From Hormiphora californensis (taxonomy: Eukaryota > Animalia > Ctenophora): 64,000 nt of DNA. Under the pieces are notes generated by a model that saw only the letters and a list, made by a program, of their open reading frames with translations, made no database searches and had not been told where the DNA came from. This document shows positions 49,070 to 61,700 of the stretch, in pieces. Every line of letters begins with the position of its first letter. Position 1 is the stretch's first letter. The position numbers were made by a program, and so were the translations under genes. The stretch spans positions 620,001 through 684,000 of the forward strand of contig CM035355.1 of NCBI GenBank assembly GCA_020137815.1. The letters are read 5' to 3'.

Positions 49070-51300
49070 TTTACATTTAACTTTACTTTTAAACCCAAAT
49101 TTAAATTTTTTTACATTTTTACATTTAAAACTTTTCATTTACATTTACAATTTTAAATTACATTTTTCCCCAAATTTTCACATTTTTTTTACATTTACAT
49201 TTCTTTTAAATTTTTACATTACATTTACATTTACATTTACATTTCTTTACATTTACTTTTAAACCCATTTACATTTTTTCCCTTTTCTTTCTTTCATTTC
49301 ATTTCTTTAATTTAATTTTTTCCTTTCTTTAAATTTCATTTCTTTCATTTCTTTAATTTTTTTACTTTTACATTACTTTAAAACCATTTACTTTACATTT
49401 ACATTTACATTTACATTTACTTTTACTTTACTTTTAATTTTTTTTTACTTTCTTTTACTTTTTACTTTTACTTTACTTTACATTTACTTTTACCACTCGT
49501 ACCTGTTTGAAAAACATTTTTCAAGCCATCATTTTTTCCAAATTTTATACTCCTTTTTTTTTAAACTTTTCCCCACCCCCCAAAGTCTGCACGGAATTTT
49601 TTTTGCGCGTTTATCACTGTTACTGTACACGCGCCCCAAAATTTTTATAAAATTTCAGTTTTTGGGTAAACAGTTAAAAAAAAAAGGACTTTTTGGGCTC
49701 GAAATTCAGATTGAATAATCCCACTCAGGGCAATCTATGCTAACTGATGCTTGTACCCAAATACCCATGTTATTTCCATGAAACCTAACCCCTCGTTTCC
49801 CTTTATTATCACCCAGGAAAATTCCAAATTGTACTGTACCCATAACTTTTGGTACCGTACCGGGGTTTCCCCCGGGTCTGATTGACCTAAATGATGTGCA
49901 GTGGAGGGAAAGTGTCCGCCCAGCTCTTTCCCCTACCCAAAACAGCCGGAAGTGCGATTTGTCGGCCCCAGGGCATAAAGGAGCTAGACGTAAGGAAATT
50001 TTTGGGGGAGCCCCCGGTGAATTGTTTGCCTATGCATTTACCCCGGGTTTTTTTTAAACTCCCCAAATGGCAAAACTTTCGGGAGGTAAAACAAAATGTG
50101 TGCATTTTTTAAGGCCCAATGGATGATGACAGCTGTCAAAAATTCTTTACTGGCCTTCTCGCCTTTACCGAAGAATCCTTTAAAAACGCATGGTATTGTT
50201 GGGGAAGCGGATACATCCTCAAGGAGGGGCCCAAAAGGGGGCAAAGTTTTTAAAAAAAAAGGGTTTAAAGAATTGCCTTTTAAATTGGCACTGAAAAATG
50301 AATTTTTCCCCTGATCCTAACAAACAGGATTTCTGTACACCAAACTTTTTTTTTTCCCGGCGGGAAAATCCCCCCTTTTTTTCTAGTTGGCAATTACCCT
50401 ATAAAAAAAACCCCCCTCCCTGGAACTTAGTGAGTCAAAAAACAGTTCCCAAAATCCAAACCCGAATTTTTTTCCCCAAGGGGCCCTAAGTCTAAAAAAA
50501 GTTGTCAGACTTCAATTTTCATTGGGCAACGAAGATTTTGGGCATTATTTCAACTTTCCCTTTTGGGGGTTCAAAGATGCCAGTACCCAGTCCCTCAGTT
50601 CCCATACAACCTGCCCAATTGGTATCCTATAGAAATCCAGCCTCGGGGGGGCAATTCCTTTCTGGTGCTGTGAAAGTATTTTGAGGGGAAACGAAATTAT
50701 TCATGTTTCCTTTTTGTAAGTTTTTTGGAAACTCTGTGAAATTTTTGGCGAACTTTCACAGGACTTTTTGAGCAAAAACGCAGCACGGGAGAAGCACGTA
50801 AAACACTAACGTGGCTTTTTGGGTCTCATTTTTACAATGGGGGTACTTTAGAAACTTACGGGGTTAGCGGAGTGTGGCCAGTACAAGAGAGAAGGGGGCA
50901 GGCTTTTGGATTGTTTGGGATTGCTGTCATGATGCCCCTTTAAATTTCCCCCTGCAGCATTCCAAAAAACCTGTTCCTTGACCTGAAATGAGGGAAAAAT
51001 TTTACTGTAAAAAACCCCAAAGGGGTCCAAAGAAAAATGAAAGTTGGTGGATTTTTCAATGTCTCTTAAAAATACAATCGGGGCCAAATAATTCCCCATA
51101 AATTAGTGCGGATAAACAATTTTAGAATCTCAAAAAGACTTCATTTTAAACCAGACCCGAATTCTCCCGTATCTTTTGGATTGTTGGTATCTTCCCCTTT
51201 CCCCACGGTGAGGCATAAAACTCCAACTACCGACTACGAAGTTCTACGAGGTCTGTAAAGACACAAAAAGTGGTCATTGTTATCTGTAAAACTTCGGTAG
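49070..51300 (-). mobile_element. Possible degraded or mis-sequenced non-LTR element with an (AAATGT)n tail
   Basis: Degenerate (TTTACA)n at 49070-49490; faint RT-like remnants (LLYA near 49980); region is very noisy. Confidence 0.3.
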
Positions 51301-53311
51301 AACTTGCTACTGTTTTTACCTTCCATGTCTGAGGGCTACTAATAACAGTAAATGGCACAAAAAAACATTGTGCTTTTCATAGCCCCGATAGTATTGCATG
51401 TAAATTTATTGGTACTGTATCGATCAATCATTTGGATGTGATGAAAATTCTTTATGCTGTTTTAACCCCCATTTTTCTTAAAAAAATTCTCCTATTATTT
51501 CTCAAAGACCTGTCTTAGATATGCTGATAGTCCTTTTTTAACACTTCCACTTCCAAATAAATTAATTCACCTTTAGCTTGTAATATGGACCTTTTTTCAA
51601 TGTCTTTCGACCTGTACCCAAAAACCCGGTGTTGTGTTTTTCAGGTTCCATGGTTACAAAAAAAAAAAGTTATTTCCCGTACCCAACTGTTAGGTACCAC
51701 TGTCTCTCTTATTTTCACAGGTCATCAATCAACGATAACTTACTATATATGCAAAAACACCCGAAACTTACCCCCCATCATGTTTGGGGCCCCCAAATCG
51801 CGTCATCAAATCAATCACGTAACAAGTAGCATCTAAAGCTGGGGTGAGTTCAATCACATCACCCACATCATGATCAATCCCCCATGGGGAAGATCCCCCC
51901 CCCAAGATAAAATCATCCCATAGAGGATCGATACCCCACCCAGATCAGATCCCCCCCGTGACGATCAGACACCCCAGGGTACAATCCCACATTTCACCCA
52001 GTAGTCCCATGTGATGATGAGACCCCCCCCAATAAGGGGTAAAAAGAAAAAGACTACGACAAAAATTGAGAGAGAGGAGAGAGAGGGGGGAGGAAAAAAG
52101 AAAAAAAAGGGGGGGGAGCAAAAACCCCGGGGAGAGAGAGAGAAGGAGGAGAAAAAAAAGACTAGAGAAAGAAACCAAAAAGGGGGGGATAATAGAGAGG
52201 GAAAGCGAAGAAAAGGGAAAAGGGTTTATCCCCCCCAAAAAAAGGGGGGGCCCTTAAAAAAACCCCCGGGGGGGGAAAAAAAAGGGGGGGGTTTTTCTAA
52301 GTTTCTAAAATAAAATTAAAAAACCATTTTTAAAGGGCCCCCGTAGGATGGCCCCGGGGTTCCAATAAACCCGACCCTGTCCCCTCAAAACCTGGTGTGT
52401 GTGTTATCATGGTTACCATGGTTACAATAAAAAAATTTTTTCCTTACCGATGTTTAGGTGCACTGCCCTCTCTTATTACACAGGTACATCAATAAAATTA
52501 ATTATTTTTCCCCCAAATTATTGCCACGCTCGGGTTTAGAATGTAGTAAGGGACACGGACCCCTATAAAAAAAACCCTGCAAAACCGTAATTACGATGTC
52601 CCAAGCCAAAATCGAGGGTACCCAAACTAGTTCCCCGGCTTTTGTACCGTGTGAACTTTTTTAACGTGTTTTTTTTAGAGATCCCAATGCGGGCAACCCC
52701 AAACCTTTTGTTTTTACCCCCCCTGATGTAGTGACATCTGTTTTGTCTGGTTTTAAATATTGCTCCTTCATAAAGATTTATTTCACAAGACCATGTTATA
52801 TAGAAGTGCTCCTTCATAAATATAAAGTCAGGGCCCCCCCCATTGGGGGGAGGGATTTTTCCCCCGTTTAAAATGGATGGATAAAATACACACATGCAAC
52901 ACTGCTTCAACTTTGGTCCTTACGAGCAATGCTTTACTGAGGTAGTAGTTATGTACGGCACTGATAATATATGTCTGCTGTTGCTATAATAACGAATGTG
53001 TCTTTTTGAGATAAGAGGTTTCGAATTACACTGATAACAATCAAAGTATTAGTGTTCTTGTTCATGAGATGTCTTTAACAAACAAACAGAAACTGTTCTG
53101 GGGAAAGTGTGTATAAATAATAATGAGGCCTTCTGTGGGGTACTGTGTGACACAATACAGATGATGTTAGTTTTTATCAAATTTAAAATCTTAATTTCCC
53201 TGCTAGGCTTGTGTGGTGAAATATAAAGTTGGGTCCTTCGCTTCGCTCCATCGCTCCATTGATCTTTGGGAAAAAGATTGTGTAAGAGGTAACAGCTTTA
53301 TAACAGTGTTT

Positions 53312-53450
53312 ATAAGGCGATTGGTCAGAGTCTCGCGGCATATTCCAAACCATGGTGTCAGACATTGAAAACAAGTGTTTCAACTTGTTATCAATGTCTG
53401 ACACCTGCATGACTCGGAATATGTCGCGAGACTATGACCAATCGCCTTAT
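53312..53450. mobile_element. About 140-bp MITE-like inverted repeat
   Basis: ATAAGGCGATTGGTCAGAGTCTCGCGGCATATTCC / GGAATATGTCGCGAGACTATGACCAATCGCCTTAT. Confidence 0.6.
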
Positions 53451-53890
53451 TGTGTAAGAGGTATAGATAAGAATCGAAAGACAGTACCTACCTACAATAC
53501 AAATTAATTTGAGGAACTATGTCTTGACTTTACTACAACGGACGATAATCCTTCATACATCCACCCACTATTATAGCCATTCTAATCTCCCCGACTGTCC
53601 TCGAGTCATCATGGGGACCTCTCAGATCAGAAATGTGCTCCTCAACCTCTCTCTTCTATTCTTCCCTATTCCCACTTCTTCCAAAATCCCTCTACGTCGG
53701 AGACACTTCAAGATCCGGCACGATACCCAGGACAGCGATGCTTCTCGCATCTGACTCTGTGTTCAGTACCAACAAGTGTCCCACTGGGTATCGTGTATGT
53801 CGGTTGGAGTAAGACTGAGTTACTGGGGTCTCCCCTATATTTTCCATCAAGGCTAGCATGAAAATACTATCAGAATAGACCAAGATGAGG

Positions 53891-54670
53891 GGTTGGTGAC
53901 ATAGACACCGTGCGCGACCAAGATTGAGCGGGGGGGATCCCATGGTATACTTTGGTATACTTTGGCACTTTCCACAACTTTTTCAGCGATTTTCCATATA
54001 CCAAAGTATACCAAAGTATACCAAAGTATACCAAGGTATACCAAAGTATACCATAAAAATTTTGAAAAAGGTAAAATTTAAGCGATAAGTTAACATAAAT
54101 GACTTAATTTGTAAAACTACATCCTTATTTCGTTATAAGTTGGTAATATAACGCTTATTAAACCGATTTTTACGTTTTTGTTACATCATCCGGCTAGTGC
54201 TCAAGGCTTGCCACTCAGGGTTCGATTCCCGGTGAAGGCAATTTTTGAAAATTTTTTGGAGACTTTACCAAATACTATTTGAACATTTTCTTGACTTTTT
54301 AAAAGTTTTTTATCATACTCAAATGGGTCCCAATTTGTCAAACCCCAGTTTTCTGACTCACCATTTTATAGGTAATATTTTCCCTCGATTCTATGAATTT
54401 AGCCTATTTAGCACCATTGTCCAATTTTATGAGTTAAGAAAGTTTATATAAAATGTTTTAAAGCCTTAACTGTTGTAAATTAACACTTTAAAGTACGTAA
54501 AGCTATTAAAAAGATATGGTATACTTTGGTATACTTTGGTACTTTCCACATAATTTTTTGGGATTTTCCATATACCAAAATATACCAAAGTATACCAAAG
54601 TATACCATGGGACCCCCCCCCCCCCCCCCGATTGAGCTCGATCTCGCACGCACTAGGTGTCAATGTCACC
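53891..54670. mobile_element. Mutator-like MITE with a 9-bp target-site duplication
   Basis: TSD AAGATGAGG (53882-53890 and 54671-54679); long imperfect inverted repeats GGTGACATAGACACC / GGTGTCAATGTCACC; 10-bp CCAAAGTATA subrepeats. Confidence 0.75.
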
Positions 54671-55149
54671 AAGATGAGGTGGAGAACTCAGTATCCCAGG
54701 TTCCTAAGACGTCTTTACAAACAAACAAACCTACCTACATCATGATTATCATCATTGCATTATTGTGCGCCTTGTGTGGTTTATATCATGTATATGATGA
54801 TCCGTCATCAGTAGGTATTCAGTCAGTGCCGGTTTTGTGTCATATTAATAGACGCACTGTAAGCTATGTTCCACTGATTATTATCAAAACATGTATTATT
54901 ATTATTATTATTATTAACACGTGCGTCATCCTCAGCGGCACTACACGATCTGGAAGCGGAGGGTAACTACCGTGGCTCAGTACATGCCGTACACTGCACA
55001 GAGGTAGGGGGTTTTGTTAGAGACACGTTATCAGTGAACCGGAGCCATTTTAACTTTATTTTATGAGTATAACATCTTTATCCCCCAATTAGATGTTTCT
55101 TAGATATGAGCTGTACCTATAACATTCCCCGAATTAGATATTTCTTTAC

Positions 55150-58100
55150 CTTGGTATTGGGTTACTGGTTCTATCTGGAGTACTTTACATAGTTGATCTA
55201 CAAAAAGACCTGGTTCTGTTAAAGTTTCTATCTGGAATATTTACCACTCTATCAGGTAAGATCTGGTAACACAGATAGACGTTTTCACCCCCCTTTTCGT
55301 GTGCGGAATGTTTTTGCGTGTCAAATCACATGCTAACGTGTGGTGTGCACGTCAAAATTGATAAATTTCACATGCGCGGTCATTTGGGGGTGACAACTTC
55401 AAAAATCCGACTTTACAGGGCATTGCGATAGTAAGGCACGTTTGAGCGTACCCGCAAGGTAGGGGTAATTGCGTTACCAAGATAGACAATGATAACATGG
55501 CACTGAATCAATAAAAAACATCATATTCGGAGGAAATCCACAATACCATATATGGCTATTTTCTCTCCCCAGGATTGTTACTGTTATCCTCATTACCTGT
55601 ACTACTGCTGGGCGCTAAGAACATGTTTATTGTTGTCCCCACGAGTGATCCCCAGCCAACTACTGTCTCTGTGAAACCAGGAGTTTCGCTGGAAATTGCC
55701 ATAGGTAAACAACCAATCATAACTCGTTATTTAGGTCACGTGACTGGTTATCAGTCGGTCGGTTCTTGGTAAAGGGGTGTAGGGGAGCCACAAGTAATAA
55801 TAATTAGCAAGGAATTAATAGTGCAATTAATATTTTGTAATTCGCAGGTACAGGATTATTTTCTCTGGTGGTAGGGGTTTACAATATTATACGAGGAAGA
55901 AGGATTTTTAGAAAGAGGAGCGCTCAACAAAAACTCGGAATTGCATTTGGGACACTCAGTTTTTAAGAGAAGTTCAGTTTCACAAAGAAAAAGACTTATT
56001 GATATAAAATTATAAAAGTATACTGATTTAAATTTAGGTACTTCTAGACTTTAGTAAGTGTTAGCGATTTAGAACAACATGTGATTGTATAACTTGTCGA
56101 TAGTGCTTCCTGTACAACTTGTCGATAGTGCTTCCTGTTGACAAGTCGGTATCAGATTACCTAGTCGGACAAGAAATGATTGACGTAGCGCGCGAGGTGT
56201 ACAATACAAGCGTCTTCGCGCGTCCTTGCGCGCAAATTGATTTTTTCAAATTCAGAGAAAGCCGCGCCGCGCACTCCAAATTCGGAGAAAAATATATTTA
56301 AAAAAGTCGGATTTTTGAAGTTGTTAAGGAACCATAATAAAGTTCAAGAGCGCACCCCATCAAAGAGCGTACCACCTCCAAAAGACACCACTCCAAGAGC
56401 GCACCACATCAAAGAGAGCTCCCCATCCAGAAGATACCGCGCGCAGGGGACACCACGCGCAGAAGAGACCGCACGCGCAAATACAACGCCGCGCTGGTCT
56501 CTTCTGCGCGTGGTGTCCCCTGCGCGTGGTATCTTCTGGATGGGGAGCTCTCTTTGATGTGGTGCGCTCTTGAAGTGGTGTCTTCTGGAGGTGGTGCGCT
56601 CTTGGATGTGGTCTCTTTTGGGTATGGTGCGCTCTCAGGTGTGGTCTCTCTTCGATAGGGTGCGCTCTTGGGTGCTCTTGGAGGCTCTTGAACTTTATTA
56701 TGGTTCCTTTTTCTTCAGAAAAAAAAGATTTTTTGAAGTTGATACCCCCCAGCGGTCGCTCGACTAGAAAAGGCGGTTTCCGAGAAGATCGCAGAGTGTG
56801 AGTTAGCCAACAAAACCATGCATACAGCAGATTACAAATGCAATCATGCAATGATGGACAGTTAAACGGCCAACGCCTTCTAGCCCCTCAACACTGAACC
56901 TCAAACTTTCATCAACTACAACGTAAAACTATTTATTGAGATATGTGATACGTCGATAACCTGAGATAACCTGAGATATCCTGTGATAATTACGATCAAG
57001 TCACTGGTATCTACTCCTTTTGCAGCCAACAACGACAACTGTGAGTACACACAATCCCCTCGATCCCCACTCCTCTAGTGAATCCTGCATATCCATCATG
57101 TCCACGACAAGAAGTGGGACGGAATTTTCACCGTTCGATGATCCAACCACCACCCCTAAGGCAATCACTGTCCAAACCCTTGCCCATCCCAACCCTGCAA
57201 ATCATCTATCAACGCCTCCACGAACCAATAACTTTTCAATGCCAATTCAAACTCCACGCCATTTCACATCCGCTCAACAATGTCTATGCAATGGGACCAA
57301 ATCAAGTGGGCGTATGATCAAGTGTATCACGTGCAAATGCTGCTACCATGACGAGTGCGTTAGCTTGAAATCCCTGAGCAAATTCCTTGAAATCTCTGAA
57401 GAGGGCCTTTTATGCGTTGATGACTGGGTTTGCCCGGAGTGTATCGTTACTGCCCAGCTTCTTCGAGCCGGTAGTCCCTTGTTTGACGCTATTGCGACTA
57501 AAGCAGCTAAACTGATGGCTGACCAATCAAACATCCATAACAACTCTCACCTTGATTCAACTGTTAACGCATGGCAACCAACAACCACTCCCGTTCAATC
57601 TGAAACCACTATGGGCATCTTGAACAATGAACATTTTCCACCGCTACCCTCATCCAACAGTAGCTCCTCACTTCAACGCACCGGCACAACATCCACCGAC
57701 AGAACTAACAATGATACAACTCGTTCAGGTGTCCAAAACCAAACCCCTCCTAAGGTTACACCGAGAAAAGTACTTCCACCCCAGCCTCGATTGACGATCC
57801 ACTGTGATGATGTGAAGGAGACGAGGAATGCTATCGACAAAGCCTTGGAAAATATACCTATCTCTCAAGCAAGGAACTTTTCTTCCTCGGTAAGAGTGTG
57901 GTTTCCCAATGAGGAATGTCAACAATTGGCCACAGAATGTTTGAAGACTGCAGGAGTGCTAGAGCAAACTGCCAGAGTGTCCGCTGAGGTAATGTCAAAA
58001 GTAGAACTCAGGTTTGTCCCTGTTGAGTCACTCCCAAGAGATGCCACGACGGAGGAATGTAGAAAATTCTGTCTCGAAAAGCTAACAGCGAAGAATGAAG

Positions 58101-61100
58101 TTCTGAGAACCTGCAAAGACCTTTCCGTTGTCTATTTCAAACGCATGCATACAGACCCGGACCTAGCCACAGTTGTCCTGAAACTACCAGTGCAGCTGAA
58201 GGACAAGCTTATGTCTGACGGTAGGGTCTTCTTCCAAATGTCTTCCGTCAGAGTGTCTCATCGTGTACACATCAAGAGATGTCCTCACTGCCAAGCCCTT
58301 GGCCACTACCCTGATAAATGCCCGAAGAAATCCCATCCAGCGACATGTATGTATTGTGCAGAAGAGCATTCTACTGAAAGCTGTTCACTGAAAGAGGACA
58401 CTGAGAAACACTGCTGTAAAAACTGTATCAACAATTCAGGACTCTCCTCAGATGTTCAACCTCACCATGCTGGCTCACCTAAATGCCCAACGTACAAAGA
58501 GCACTATGATCGTATTTCAAAAAACTACCGTCAACGCAGCACCTTGCTCTCAAATACGGCAATCTAAACTGCAGATCGATGAACAACAAACTTGGTGAAA
58601 TCTACGGGGCGTGCTGCGATCTTGACCTTGACGTACTCGGTTTGACAGAAACCTGGCTAGAAGACGGTGACGTAGTCACCCCTGCACTGATGAAAGAGCT
58701 AGGATACAATCTCTATAGTTCGGCAAGAGGGGCAAGAGGAGGCGGCGTCGCTATCTTAGCGAGGAAAGCATTACGTGTAATACCTATCAAGACTAAGAAC
58801 AAACCAACAACTTTTGAATGTATCGAAGCTACGATCGAAGGCGGGCATCTTCAGAAAACTAGATTGGTGGTGGTATACAGACCTCCTTCCTCTTCCAAAA
58901 AGGATTTCTTGGCAGAATTCGAAGAGTACATATCGTCACTAAACGGCCTCAGTGGACACCCTGTTATCTTGGGCGATTTCAATATCCATACTGAGGATGA
59001 CGATGATCATACTTCAAACTCCTTCCGTGATTTGCTTGTAGATGAGAGATGGACACAGCATGTCGAGGATCCAACCCACGAAAGTGGCGGTACATTGGAC
59101 TTAGTGATAAGCAGAGATGATGAAGCTTCACCTAGGATTAGTGCAGTCGAGGTTGCAAAATCCTCCGTTTCAGACCATTATGCTGTCACATTCTACTTAC
59201 ACGTCGGAAAACCAATTCAGCAAGAAAGAAAAGCTGTTCTGTGCAGAAACATGAAAAAGCTCACTGTTGAGGTCCTATCTATGAAAATAGATGAGTCACA
59301 GCTGATGTCAATCCCACGTCCCTCTACACTGGAAGGGTGTCTCAACCTGTACAACGTCTCACTTCGAGAAATACGGGATGAGATAGCTCCACTACAGGAA
59401 AAGGTTATTAAAGACTCGGATCACCCACCTTGGTATGATACTCTATGTGAGGAAGCTAAAACCTCCCGCAGGACACGAGAAAGAGCTCTGAAGACGACCT
59501 TGAAAGACTCCACGAAGAAAGAAGAACACAAAGAAGCTAGAACAGCTCTGAATAAAGCTATGAAAGAAACATCCAGATTTCTCATGAAAACCAGGATAAA
59601 TTTCTATCGTGGAAAGCTTGACTACGTGGCTGATGATCCAGCTGCTGTCAGTGGGTTAATCAACAAACTACTGGGAAAAGACAAGATCCCACAGGAGCTT
59701 CCAAACGGGAATTCTTCGAGTGAAACAGCAGAAAACTTTGGCACTTTCTTCAAATCGAAAATCGAGGATATCTACGAGACGATCAGAGTTGAAAACGAAC
59801 AATCTGAACCATTGCCAGAACTACCACAAACTGACTACACTGGTGCCACATTTTCATCCTTCCGTAAAGTAACTGAAGAGGAACTCAGTGCTATAATTCA
59901 ATCTATGGAGAAAAAGCACTGTGATCTCGATCCTATCCCTACCAGCAAACTCGTAGGTGTTCTCCCGAAGTTACTTCCTCTTATCTCTGACATTGTCAAC
60001 AAAAGCCTACAAGAAGGTTTAGTTCCTGAACAGCTGAAGCAATCACTGATTCGACCCTCGTTCAAGAAGAAAGGAAGCCCGGAAGAACTAAATAACTACA
60101 GACCGGTATCCAACTTAGCTTTTATATCCAAGCTAATTGAAAAATGTGCGTCTATACAGCTTACGGAGCACCTTGAGACGAACGAACTGTTTCCAGGAGT
60201 TCAGTCGGCGTACCGGAAACATCATAGCACCGAGACCACACTGGTAAAAGTAGTGAATGATCTTCTTCTAATTACAGACACGAAGTCGAAGGCGGTACTT
60301 GTATTGCTAGACCTCAGTGCTGCCTTCGACACGATTAACCATGAATTGTTACTTGGGAAACTGAGGAGGAATTATGGCGTTGAAGGTACTGCCCTTGAAT
60401 GGTTTGCCTCCTACCTCAAAGATAGGAAAGCTTCTGTGAAAATTGGGACCTCTACATCCTCGCCCTTAGCCATCAACATCGGAGTGCCACAGGGCTCTAT
60501 ACTTGGACCACTGTTGTTCATTCTGTACACAAAAGAGTTGGAAAGTATTGCTAGGCACTATGGACTGATGGTGGAGCTCTATGCTGACGATACTCAGTTG
60601 TATGTTTCTTTCAGCAACGATTCTCTCCTAGACCTCGAGACGAAACTGCAGGGTTGCTTAAACCACATCAAAGCGTGGATGTCCAAGAACTTCCTCAGAC
60701 TCAACCCCAGCAAAACTGAAATAATCGTGTTAAACAACAAACATGATAAAACAGAAAACCCTGAAAGCCTTCAAACGATGAGCAACCATGAATCTACAAA
60801 GCCACTTACACTAGTAAGGAACCTTGGTGTATTTCTGGACTCAGAGCTCTCCCTATCTGGTCACGTATCCAGAACCGTAAGGACGTGTCAACTAGCCCTT
60901 ATGAATCTTTGGAAAATCCACAGAATGTTGGGTGTTAATCTGAAAGTCAAACTCGTTAACAGTTTAATACACAGCAGACTGGACTACTGTAACAGCCTCC
61001 TTGCTGGTTCTTCTGCCAAAGACATAGGTCGATTACAGAAGATTCAAAACTCTGCAGCCCGTTTCGTCTTTGGACAACGCCTCTACCAAGGCACCACAAA

Positions 61101-61660
61101 CCTTCGCAAACAGCTTCATTTCCTACCCGTTCGAGAAAGAGTGCAGTACAAGTTGTGTCTACTGACATACAAAACACTGAATGGTATAGCCCCACCTTAC
61201 CTATCGAAGATGATAACACTCCGTCAACCGAAGTTAAAAAGTCTACGAAGGGATGCTGACAAAACCTTACTTGACAAGAACTATGCCAGATATTGTTCGA
61301 GTAAAGGTGCGTTTAGTGTCGCTGCTCCGGAAATATGGAATAGCTTACCTTCTTCTCTTCGAGAAAGCTCATCCATCACATCATTCAAATCCAACCTGAA
61401 AACCCACTTCTTCCGAAAGGCATACGAGTGCTAAAAAAACAATGTGTGAAGACAATTTATACTATGAGAATTGTGGTAGAGAGATGAGAGAGAGTTGAGG
61501 ATCCCGAATTAGAGTGTGATACCGCGAAGTTAGAACGACCAGTACTCTTTTCACTCACTCTTTCTAAACTGGTCTTTCTTACTAATTTATATTTAATACT
61601 TGTTCTTTTTATGTGACGGATCTCCAGAACTCGGTAAAAAAAGAGCCTGGGTTAAAAAAT

Positions 61661-61700
<40 letters not shown>

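Noticed and set aside
53600-53760. Minus-strand WVSCRILKCLRRRGILEEVGI, resembling a RhoGAP start downstream of the PH exons
   Set aside because: Short, lacks the catalytic FR motif, hits a stop, and cannot be linked in phase
55573-55702. Plus-strand AG..GT-bounded open segment
   Set aside because: The minus-strand reading fits phase and PH pattern better; not fully excluded
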